The notes below the pieces were generated by a model. That model was given only the letters and a program-made list of their open reading frames with translations, was not told the origin of the DNA and searched no databases. 64,000 nucleotides of DNA from a virus, in the IMG/VR virus record IMGVR_UViG_3300011113_000736, positions 6,610-70,609 of that record; one strand, given 5' to 3'. Shown here piece after piece: positions 51,179 through 59,481 of this stretch. Both the position numbers and the translations under genes were made by a program. Numbering within the stretch: the stretch's first letter is position 1; the number at the start of each line of letters is the position of its first letter.

Positions 51179-51259
51179 ATGACCAACTTCAAACAATTCT
51201 CAGAAAATGAAGAAAAGAATGATGCTGGTGAAACAGCCCAAAACTCATATATAAGTTAA
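51179..51259 (+). pseudogene. CTS-only 26-aa remnant
   Basis: TAAATA then MTNFKQFSENEEK...*. Confidence 0.55.
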
Positions 51260-51272
51260 GAATAGGAAAATT

Positions 51273-51545
51273 ATGAAAACCTTTAACGAATATCTGAAAG
51301 AAAACCAAAATATTTTCCCAAACACTAGAGGAAAATCTGGACCAACTATGGTAAAAGTTACTCAAGATATGTCTGGATATCTTACTGGAGAACTTCAGGC
51401 TGTATTAGAGCAATGTATTTCTTTTCTTAAAAATGCTGAACAATATGCTTCAGAAGGTGATGAAGCATCTGCCAGAAGGTCTTTAGACGGTTTTTTTCAT
51501 CATCTTCCAGAACTTCAAAGATTATATAATTTTATACCAAAGTAA
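51273..51545 (+). CDS. CTS-bearing small protein
   Basis: MKTFNEYLKE, the closest match to T4 MKTYQEFIAE. Confidence 0.7.
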   Translation: MKTFNEYLKENQNIFPNTRGKSGPTMVKVTQDMSGYLTGELQAVLEQCISFLKNAEQYASEGDEASARRSLDGFFHHLPELQRLYNFIPK

Positions 51546-51972
51546 TGTTTTTTAACATCTATAAACTTATAAATTTCCCCCCGGCGCATTTTTTTAAGAT
51601 GCGCCCTTTTCTTTTCACTACCTTTTTACCCCCAACACCCCCAAACCCATTTCGGCAGTTTTGTAAATCCACCACCACTCGGTACAAAATACCTCCACTT
51701 ATAAATATCTGGCAGTATTCTGTAACCCCAAACATATTAGAAAAGATACACTTTTCAACTCATTTTCAATATGATCGGGGCTTCCACTTGTTACAAAACG
51801 CACATACTTATAAACACCTACCAACATTTCGTAACAAATTATTCCAAAACGCCTAGCGAAAAAAATAAATGAAGAAGAAGTATCAAAGGGGGTCATGGGG
51901 GCGGGAGGATACCGGACTAACCCACTCCTTTAATAGGAATCTCAAGTGCAATTTTGTTATGGCAGCTTTGTA

Positions 51973-52009
51973 AAAAAATACCCAGCAGGTAGATGAAATC
52001 CTGCTGGGT
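51973..52009 (-). terminator. Intrinsic terminator
   Basis: ACCCAGCAGG...CCTGCTGGGT plus T-run on the minus strand. Confidence 0.75.
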
Positions 52010-52024
52010 TTCTGGGGGTTTCCT

Positions 52025-52162
52025 TTACTCAAAAGCTATCTTGAAGGTGGCTGAAACCGTTGGTCGATTGTCGGACAAAGTAGCTCCGAGTTCTAGAGAG
52101 CTGTTGCGATAGTGGGCGCAACCGCTGGACAAGAGAACGACAGCTAATAGCATCCTTGCCAT
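52025..52162 (-). CDS. 45-aa lipoprotein
   Basis: MARMLLAVVLLSSG|C lipobox; SD AAGGAG. Confidence 0.65.
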   Translation of the reverse strand: MARMLLAVVLLSSGCAHYRNSSLELGATLSDNRPTVSATFKIAFE

Positions 52163-52168
52163 GTCCGG

Positions 52169-52270
52169 TTACTCCTTGATGTTGTCGCCGGTTCTAGCGA
52201 TGTCTCTGATAGCAAATAGGATTGAGAAGAAGAAAGTGAACCAAATGAATGGGTTGGTGAAGCGTTCCAT
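52169..52270 (-). CDS. 33-aa membrane peptide
   Basis: MERFTNPFIWFTFFFSILFAIRD...; SD GGGAG. Confidence 0.5.
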   Translation of the reverse strand: MERFTNPFIWFTFFFSILFAIRDIARTGDNIKE

Positions 52271-52516
52271 GCTAGTGTTCTCCCGTGCCACTATCGGCAC
52301 AATATATTTATCGGCAATCCAACCGGGAGACTTTAGACTGCCAGAAAGATTTTCAGGACGACAAAGTAGTCCACAAGATTGGTGGCAATTGGTTTCCAGT
52401 CAAGACGACAGAGTAGTCCACAAGAGTAGTCTGCGACTAACTTTGTCTACAATGGGTGCAAAAGGTCGCCCCGCTGGAGCTAACCAGCGGGGCAGGTGGA
52501 TTAAAGAGTAAACCCG

Positions 52517-53101
52517 TCAGGCTTTCTCAATAACTGCTTTCTTGACCACATTAGCCGAAACCCCGTTGTAGGGTTTCGATTGTCTACAAACCGTAGGGGT
52601 TTCATCGGTGCCCTCAAGGATACCGGACAACAGGTATTCTGCACCTGTTTCAATCCCTGAAGTAGCACGGTCATCCATGTAGACGACGAACGGGGTGCCA
52701 TTGCTATGCACCAGATTGACAATCCGTTGGGGTTTCCTGAAGCGATTCCAGAAAACCGGAGAAATCCCGGTGCAAATAACCGGGACATTTTCGATGGCAC
52801 CGGTTGACAAAGGATTGTTCACCGGGGTGGGCAGGGCGATGGCGGGCTTGCTGGCAACGCTTTCAGCAACGGGGCGGACAACGATGGCACCGCCGTCGCC
52901 CTTGGGTTTCTTGGGAGAAACCGGAGTTGGCGGGGCGGTTTTCTCTCCCAAGTCTCCAATCTTGATTGACGCCAACAATCGTGCTAGTTGGGCTGAATCC
53001 AGCCCTTGAAGGGCTTGAAGAATGACGGCGGTTTGATCCGCCTGAACCTTGCCCGAAACCGTCTTGGAAACCTTGCCAGAAACCTTGATGTTCTTCGCCA
53101 T
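52517..53101 (-). CDS. Hypothetical early protein (possible C-terminal OB-like domain)
   Basis: Start MAKNIK with SD GAGGG; TTGCAA-17-TACAAT promoter upstream. Confidence 0.6.
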   Translation of the reverse strand: MAKNIKVSGKVSKTVSGKVQADQTAVILQALQGLDSAQLARLLASIKIGDLGEKTAPPTPVSPKKPKGDGGAIVVRPVAESVASKPAIALPTPVNNPLSTGAIENVPVICTGISPVFWNRFRKPQRIVNLVHSNGTPFVVYMDDRATSGIETGAEYLLSGILEGTDETPTVCRQSKPYNGVSANVVKKAVIEKA

Positions 53102-53235
53102 GATCGAAACCCTCATCAACCCCAATCCCCGGCGGGGCACCCGGTTGGGCGGAAACCATATCCACCCATTGAGAATTGTACGGGAAGATGCAACAGATTG
53201 CAAGCCCAACCAGACACAATTTCCTTGATTCCCTG

Positions 53236-53507
53236 AGACGACATAGTAGTCTACACGATTAGTGGGTAAATGGTTTCCCATTAAGACGACATAGTAGTCT
53301 ACATGATTGGTAGGTAAATGGTTTGCTGATAAGACGACATAGTAGTCTACACAATTAGTGGGTAAATGGTTTGCTGATAAGACGACATAGTAGTCTACAG
53401 TAGAGATCGCTTAAATTAACTACTATGTCGTCTAAGGGGGATTTAGAAAAGTATTAGGAAAGGCTAATGCAAAACCCAGGTCGCCCCGAACGACATAGTA
53501 GTCTACA
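53236..53507. repeat. 48-bp tandem repeat with core AGACGACATAGTAGTCTACA (parS/iteron-like)
   Basis: Cores at 53236, 53284, 53332, 53380; inverted at 53419-53433; another at 53490; degenerate at 52357, 52404; also 54961 and inverted 55000. Confidence 0.9.
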
Positions 53508-53621
53508 AAAAAGGTAGATAGTGTTTAAGACACCGCGGATTTAGTTTGTATTAAATATAAAGAAAATAAAAAAACCCCCCGGAGTGGAATACTCCGGGGG
53601 GTCTGAGAGTTTGTTAGTATG

Positions 53622-54656
53622 TTACTTGGTAGACTTCTTGTCTTCCAAGTGTTGGCAGAGGGTGACAATCACCGCCCGATTGTCGCTTGACCGTTCGTCG
53701 ATCCACTTGGAAAGTGCCCTCAAGAGAGGCACAACGGGGTAATTTACCAGATCTTTGCACAATGAGTTTAGCAAAAGTTGGATAGCTTCCGGGGAGGCTT
53801 TGTCCGACTTGCGTTCGCCGGATGCCGGAGTTGGCGGGGCGGGAATGTCCGTGGACTTCTTGTGTCCACTTTCTCCCTTTTCTCCCTTACCTTCCGATCC
53901 CGGCAGGGGACCGGACAAAGCGGCTTTAGGATCAACCTTTGTCGCCTTTACGGCTTTGGGATCGGCAACCCCGGAACCGGGTTGTTGAGCGACTTTAGAT
54001 ACAACTGCGGTATTGATTTTAGACTTTTCCGCTTTGGTCTTAGAATTTCCCATGTCCTTTACCGCTTGTGTAGCCTGAGCTACCAGAGCCATCGCTTCCG
54101 GCGTTGCGTTCTTCAACGCTATGGCAGCCTTGAAGGTAAACTCTCCGGCATGGATGGATTCTTGAACTTCCTTGGGGAGTTTAAGGAGTCCCAAGGTCTT
54201 TGACACATCCGCCCCATATGTCTTGAATACGGAAGCGACCCTTGTTTGTGTCCAATTAAACTCTTCCATCGCCCTCTTCATGGCGATGGCACGGTCGATG
54301 AACGACGGTTCTTCCCGTTGTTCGTTCTCAATCACTTGCAAAAGGAACATTTGCTCCTTATCGAGTCCGGTATGAACCATAGCGGGAATCTTCTTGATCC
54401 CAGCCTTTTGCGCTGCCACAGATCGCCTATGTCCGGCGATCACCTTGTGCTTTCCATCAGGGAGTTTAGCGACAATGATTGGCGTTTGAACGCCATCACG
54501 CTTCAATTCGGCAGCGAATGCCTGAATTGAGACATCATCCATCCCAAATTTACGGTTGTTATCAAGATCCAAAACAAGAGAAGAAACATCCACAAACTCG
54601 AAAGAAGCTTTAGCATTGTCCACATGAACCATAGCGTTCTTCTTTGAAGTCTTCAT
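53622..54656 (-). CDS. parB: ParB/Spo0J-family protein
   Basis: GVQTPIIV...IAGHRRSVA...ENEQRE, HTH TQTRVASVF, LLKLP. Confidence 0.9.
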   Translation of the reverse strand: MKTSKKNAMVHVDNAKASFEFVDVSSLVLDLDNNRKFGMDDVSIQAFAAELKRDGVQTPIIVAKLPDGKHKVIAGHRRSVAAQKAGIKKIPAMVHTGLDKEQMFLLQVIENEQREEPSFIDRAIAMKRAMEEFNWTQTRVASVFKTYGADVSKTLGLLKLPKEVQESIHAGEFTFKAAIALKNATPEAMALVAQATQAVKDMGNSKTKAEKSKINTAVVSKVAQQPGSGVADPKAVKATKVDPKAALSGPLPGSEGKGEKGESGHKKSTDIPAPPTPASGERKSDKASPEAIQLLLNSLCKDLVNYPVVPLLRALSKWIDERSSDNRAVIVTLCQHLEDKKSTK

Positions 54657-55250
54657 AACAATCTACCTTTCTACTTTCCTAATCCCTTATCTTCGGCACC
54701 ATGCTTCCGATTCGGGGATTAGCGTCACCACATCGGGTGACTGCGACCATTAAACCACAAACCGCCCGGCATGTCAACCCCCGGTTTTTCAGGGAAAAAC
54801 AAGGGTTTTTTTGCGTTTCGCTAACACAATTGGCACCGTCTTAGCGTTTCACAAAATCACCACCGGCATCAGTCGCAGATACAACCGACACACATAGTAT
54901 ACGAAAAATCCCCGGAAAAGTCAAGCATACTTTTTATCTCTAATTCCCACCCCCCACCTAAGACGACATAGTAGTTCCTTTTATCTACCGCTTTTCTCCA
55001 CTACTATGTCATCCAGTTTTAGGTTTTCCTAACAAACATTAAAACATGATTTGACGATGTTTTACTTTTTATAAAAATACAAGGAAGGGTGCAAAAGGAT
55101 TAGAGAGAGGTAAATAGAGAGATGAAAAGTAGTAATCTTTTTATATTAGGGGAAATGAATATGAGTATAAGTCAAGATATGAACTAAGTAGAAATAAAAA
55201 AACCCACCTGAGATAACTCAGGTGGGTTATGTTTTTAACTAGGTTTATCT

Positions 55251-55607
55251 TTATTGGAGATTAGAAAGATATTCCTTGACTTGTTTAATCAACGAATCTG
55301 CTTTCTCTTTGTATTGTGGTTTAGCCAAGTTGCAATAACTGTTTTCCAATTCCTGCAAAGATGACTTAACCACTTCAACAATGTTCTCAAAACCAGATAA
55401 ACCAATTCTGTGAAATCCAAAAATTTGCAAACGCCTAAAGTGATTTTCTAAATTATCAACCAATTGGCGATACTCACCAATCTTTACTCTCTTTTTCTCT
55501 ATATTAGGCATCGCAAACTCGATCCCACCCGGCAAAACCAGATATTTTACACCTCCTCTCTCCTCTACTCGGACTGAATCCTCCAGAACCACATTTTCCT
55601 CTGACAT
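55251..55607 (-). CDS. Hypothetical early protein
   Basis: Own promoter TTTACA-17-TATAAT, SD and terminator. Confidence 0.65.
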   Translation of the reverse strand: MSEENVVLEDSVRVEERGGVKYLVLPGGIEFAMPNIEKKRVKIGEYRQLVDNLENHFRRLQIFGFHRIGLSGFENIVEVVKSSLQELENSYCNLAKPQYKEKADSLIKQVKEYLSNLQ

Positions 55608-55756
55608 TTTTCACTCCCTTTTGTTACACCAACAGTCTCCTGCTGGTGTCTCTATTATACCATATGTCTCCTCCCTTGTAAATACCAATTCAAACCCCTT
55701 AAAACACAATACCCCGCAGGGTTTTTACTCCCTGCGGGGTATTTTTAGTATTTCAC

Positions 55757-56002
55757 TCAACCGATACGCACGACCCGATATGTAACAGGTCGCACATTTC
55801 CACGCCGATCTCGATATTCCTCCCTCTCCCTCGTCAAAACTTCTGTTTCTTCTCCTACTTTTATCTCATTTGGGTCTTTTTTCCTCCCAAATGGGATTAG
55901 AAAACTAAAAATATCGTCACTTCCCCTTATCTGCTCCTCTATTACCTCCTGACTTTGTGTTTGAACAATACGAAATACCTTTTGTGCGAATGAAATATCC
56001 AT
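55757..56002 (-). CDS. Hypothetical early protein
   Basis: SD GGAGG; terminator at about 55710-55745. Confidence 0.6.
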   Translation of the reverse strand: MDISFAQKVFRIVQTQSQEVIEEQIRGSDDIFSFLIPFGRKKDPNEIKVGEETEVLTREREEYRDRRGNVRPVTYRVVRIG

Positions 56003-56013
56003 TTTCACACCTC

Positions 56014-56199
56014 CTAATTGTGAAATTTTGTGTTTTCACAAGGAACTCCCTTGAGTTCCCTGCCGTCTGGTAGGCGGAAATCTTGCATTTCAATTCCATC
56101 TACGACATAAGTAACAACCGTCGCCTCAAAAAGCTGCTTCTCCTTGAAATCCGCAAACCCTTTACGGACAACAAAGGTGAACAACGGCATTGTCTTCAT
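56014..56199 (-). CDS. Hypothetical early protein
   Basis: Promoter TTGACA-17-TACAAT; SD AGGAGG. Confidence 0.6.
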   Translation of the reverse strand: MKTMPLFTFVVRKGFADFKEKQLFEATVVTYVVDGIEMQDFRLPDGRELKGVPCENTKFHN

Positions 56200-56580
56200 C
56201 ATTTCCTCCTTGTCGAGTGCTTTATTTTCTCCTCGACATACATATTGTAACACTTTTTGTCCAAAATGTCAATAGAAATTTCTACCTCACGCATACATAT
56301 ACTAGTGGATAAGCAGTATCTCACATTGTAAAAGGATAAAAAGAGTATCAAATAAGTTGAAATGAGGCAGACCCGGTTTCCATCGGGTCTTTTAGTTTTT
56401 TGTGTCTTTGTGTTTACCCAATGCTTCGCACCATTGTTTTCCACAATTCCCCACAATCTCCCACCTGTTAGTAAACGATAATCCTTATATCTATTGCTGA
56501 TGATGATTTGTATGTGGTCTTTCGCATATCACTTGGGGGAAATGCGTGGAAGAATCTTCGTGGATTTCTAGAGTGGAAAT

Positions 56581-56616
56581 AAAAAAACCCCACTTGGTGA
56601 TAAGCCAAGTGGGGTT
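56581..56616 (-). terminator. Repeated intrinsic terminator AACCCCACTTGG-loop-CCAAGTGGGGTT-U-run (also 57244, 57566, 58088, 59425)
   Basis: Five near-identical hairpins downstream of minus-strand genes or units. Confidence 0.88.
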
Positions 56617-56638
56617 AGGTGGGTTTGTGTTTTGATGA

Positions 56639-57115
56639 TTAGACTGGTCTAACCCAGACTCTTCTTGTGGTTTTCCCCACATTGAGGAAATTTTCCTCAG
56701 AGTGGGAGAAGTATTGCCATCGGTCATCTTGACCGATTCTCAGCCCCTTGGGGGCGAATTGGGACATTAGGATGGGGATTAGATGTCCCCCTCCCAGTTC
56801 CACAGTCCATCTAGACCAATTCCAATTGGTCTCATCTATTGCCGCCTCATCAGCGAGGCGACGGAGATATCTAATTGTTGCCTCTAGTGCTACTTGATAA
56901 GTAGCCTTTGTAGTTGGAACGACTACATAATTGCCTGCGTTTCCCATACCCCTTGTATTAGTAAGACGGACTTCCCAATCTCCCACCTTTCGGGTGATTG
57001 ATGAAGGGCAATCAAATCCAAACCCGAAAGATGCAAGAACTCCGTGGTTGTGGAATACTGCTTCAAGGATTTCAGCTGCATTGAAATTGGCTTCAACTTT
57101 ACGAAAAGCACCCAT
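56639..57115 (-). CDS. Hypothetical early protein
   Basis: Start MGAFRK after SD AGGAG. Confidence 0.65.
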   Translation of the reverse strand: MGAFRKVEANFNAAEILEAVFHNHGVLASFGFGFDCPSSITRKVGDWEVRLTNTRGMGNAGNYVVVPTTKATYQVALEATIRYLRRLADEAAIDETNWNWSRWTVELGGGHLIPILMSQFAPKGLRIGQDDRWQYFSHSEENFLNVGKTTRRVWVRPV

Positions 57116-57123
57116 CTTATAGA

Positions 57124-57196
57124 CTCCTATATGTGCTGATTTGTGTTTTGGTATCAGCAGACCGATTTGGTCTTTCGCAACCATTGCAATCGACCT
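57124..57196 (-). ncRNA. Conserved structured 5' leader, copy 1
   Basis: Lies between the TTGACA-17-TAGAAT promoter and the SD; shared with three other genes. Confidence 0.7.
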
Positions 57197-57202
57197 GAGT
57201 AA

Positions 57203-57231
57203 ATTCTAGCAAAAAAAACGAGATATGTCAA
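57203..57231 (-). promoter_or_regulatory. Consensus sigma70 early promoter (representative of about 16 between 53.2 and 64 kb)
   Basis: TTGACA-17 nt-TAGAAT with extended -10 TG. Confidence 0.88.
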
Positions 57232-57299
57232 GTGTGAAAATAGAAAAACCCCACTTGGTGGTATGCCAAGTGGGGTTATGTGAGTTTGTGTTTTGCTAA

Positions 57300-57485
57300 T
57301 CAAGCCCCTAATGGGGTTTCATTGATTTGTTCATTGAACTTGGTATTAGCAAGTTCTTCTTTTCTTGTTATTTCCCTTTTGGGAAACTTTTCAGGATGGC
57401 AGATTCCGCATTGTGCATGACCGCAATCATGCTTATGGGATTTCCATTGCCTACCTTTGAATTTCTGAGACATATGCCTTCTCAT
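57300..57485 (-). CDS. Small basic Cys/His protein
   Basis: CGHAQCGICH; own promoter. Confidence 0.6.
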   Translation of the reverse strand: MRRHMSQKFKGRQWKSHKHDCGHAQCGICHPEKFPKREITRKEELANTKFNEQINETPLGA

Positions 57486-57623
57486 TTCATCTTCTCCTAT
57501 CAGCGACAGCCATTGTCGCTTGTTTAATTGTATCGTGGATTAGATAGTTAGTCAAGTGCAAAAATAAAAAAAACCCCACTTGGTGGTATGCCAAGTGGGG
57601 TTATGGAGTTTAGGATTTAGGGT

Positions 57624-57959
57624 TTACCACCATCCTTTCAGATGATGATTTTGTTTACCATGTTCGACAAACATTTTGACTAGATCGTTGTATTCTTGTT
57701 CGTCAATGTTGTGGGTGAACCCAAACAATGAGTCCCACCTCTTATTTTTAAGACTTTCTGCCATTTGCTTGACAGTTTCAGCGGGAATCAGTTCTTGGTA
57801 GAGACTGACTCCGGTAACGGAGATTACAAGTTGCTCGTAGACTTTGCCCCGGAACGATGAGTTTCCGTGATCTGACAGCATTCCGCCGCAGATGCGGAAT
57901 TCGCCGGGAATGGTTGCCGGCTCATCGTTCTGATCCCGCCAGAAGTTATCAAGACCCAT
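57624..57959 (-). CDS. Hypothetical early protein
   Basis: Start MGLDNFW; SFRGKVY motif. Confidence 0.7.
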   Translation of the reverse strand: MGLDNFWRDQNDEPATIPGEFRICGGMLSDHGNSSFRGKVYEQLVISVTGVSLYQELIPAETVKQMAESLKNKRWDSLFGFTHNIDEQEYNDLVKMFVEHGKQNHHLKGWW

Positions 57960-57966
57960 CTTAGTT

Positions 57967-58040
57967 CTCCTATATGTGCTGATTTGTGTTTTGGTATCAG
58001 CAGACCACTTTTGGTCTTTTGCAACCATTGCAATCGACCT
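57967..58040 (-). ncRNA. Conserved structured 5' leader, copy 2
   Basis: Near-identical to copy 1. Confidence 0.7.
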
Positions 58041-58144
58041 GAGTAAATTCTAGCAAAAAAAACGAGATATGTCAAGTGTGAAAATAGAAAAACCCCACTT
58101 GGTGATAAGCCAAGTGGGGTTATGTGAGTTTTGTGTTTTGCTAA

Positions 58145-58885
58145 TTAGGCAAACTTGCTCCTGCTGGCGAGTTTGTTTGCCAGCCTGCCGTTGAAGGGTT
58201 TCGGCATAACTGTGCCGAAACGGTTGATATTGACTTGTGTGGTTGTGGAGTAGGTTTCTCCAATTTCAAGGTTAAGGGCATCTTGTTTAGCCCAGAGTTC
58301 AAAGAAGTCCCCTTCATGGGGACCATCTGTTGCTTGGAAGGTATGAATTGTCTGTGGACCGAATTGTCCGTTGATATCCTTCTTCTCAAGAAGGACGAGA
58401 TTCAAAGTGTACCTTCCGGGTGTGACGATACGCCCTTCGACTTTCTTTTCTGTTTTTGGAGTTTCATTATCCTTGATAACCTTTGGCAACCAGACCAATA
58501 GGGACAGTTGATCTGGTTGAACCTTTTCGGTGCGGAAGCAATTTAGGAAAGCGTTCCTGACATTTTCCTGAAAATTGTCTCCCGGTCGGGTAGAGTTGGG
58601 CACAAAGGTCATGCCCTTGTTGATGACTTCTTCAACCTTTGCCACCACATCAGCGGAGAATTGGTTTTCTCCGTCTTGAATGGCTTGCGAAATGATTTCT
58701 GCTGTGGAAGGCACACCAAGGCGTTCAGCCTTGGACTTTCCTAAAATCTCCGTCGCCTGAATGGCGTGAGCCAATACAGCCTTGAAATCGTTTAGAGTGA
58801 TCTTGGCGTTAGAAGGCTTTGTTGCCTTCTTGGTGGTGTTGGTGTTGGCAATCATAGCGGAAACATTCTTCTTAGAAGTAGCCAT
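58145..58885 (-). CDS. Hypothetical early protein (possible C-terminal OB-like domain)
   Basis: 246 aa; FGPQTIHTF...LEIGETY. Confidence 0.7.
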   Translation of the reverse strand: MATSKKNVSAMIANTNTTKKATKPSNAKITLNDFKAVLAHAIQATEILGKSKAERLGVPSTAEIISQAIQDGENQFSADVVAKVEEVINKGMTFVPNSTRPGDNFQENVRNAFLNCFRTEKVQPDQLSLLVWLPKVIKDNETPKTEKKVEGRIVTPGRYTLNLVLLEKKDINGQFGPQTIHTFQATDGPHEGDFFELWAKQDALNLEIGETYSTTTQVNINRFGTVMPKPFNGRLANKLASRSKFA

Positions 58886-58893
58886 TTGTTAAT

Positions 58894-58964
58894 CTCCAAG
58901 TGCTGATTTATGTTTTGGTATCAGCGAACCACTTTTGGTCTTTTGCAACCATTGCAATCGACCT
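58894..58964 (-). ncRNA. Conserved structured 5' leader, copy 3
   Basis: Same leader behind a different promoter (TTGACA-17-TAGCAT). Confidence 0.7.
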
Positions 58965-58995
58965 AAGACCATGCTAACAAATCATTGCGGATTTG

Positions 58996-59238
58996 TCAAC
59001 TATTTTTTTCGATTTGTTTTTTCACAAACCTACGAAATCTCTCCCTGTAGTTTCTATCTTTCGATGCTTTGTCCTCAAGGTTGTTAAGACACTTAGGACA
59101 AACTTTGTAATTGGGTTTTTCTCCTGATAAGGCGAGCATTACTAGAGACACAAAGTCTCTATTGTGAAGAGGGCACCGGCAAACGGTACACTCTTGCCAC
59201 ATTTCAAGGCGCATGGACATTTGCATTTGCATTTGCAT
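58996..59238 (-). CDS. Small zinc-finger protein
   Basis: CTVC...CPKC. Confidence 0.6.
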   Translation of the reverse strand: MQMQMQMSMRLEMWQECTVCRCPLHNRDFVSLVMLALSGEKPNYKVCPKCLNNLEDKASKDRNYRERFRRFVKKQIEKNS

Positions 59239-59481
59239 TGTGTTTCCCTCTTGTGTCATTGCCACCTTGGCTTGACACATACATTATAACAAAAAATTAA
59301 GATTTAGTCAATATCAATATATTTTCGATTAAATGACCTTCTTTGGGGTTATTGTGTTTTAATGGGGGTCAGGTTGATTTTAGGAAAATCTAACGATTTA
59401 GGGTCAATTTTGCTTGTGGAAATAAAAAACCCCCACTTGGTGGTATGCCAAGTGGGGTTAAGTGGGTTTGTTTTTTGCTAA

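Noticed and set aside
51545-51896. ORFs 51545-51856 and 51699-51896
   Set aside because: Low-complexity C-rich intergenic sequence without SD or motif support
53102-53281. N-terminal extension of ORF 52517-53281
   Set aside because: Spans a promoter and the repeat array; an SD precedes ATG 53101
53236-53399. CRISPR array
   Set aside because: The 28-nt intervening sequences are variants of each other (GATTxGTxGGTAAATGGTTT), inverted copies exist, and no cas genes are present
57124-57196. Known riboswitch (preQ1-I or SAM-II)
   Set aside because: Pseudoknot topology is similar, but the conserved ligand-binding nucleotides were not recognisable and the downstream genes are unrelated to those metabolites
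56581-59459. Repeated hairpins as integron attC sites or REP elements
   Set aside because: Each has a U-tract and follows a gene or transcription unit, fitting intrinsic terminators; no integrase seen
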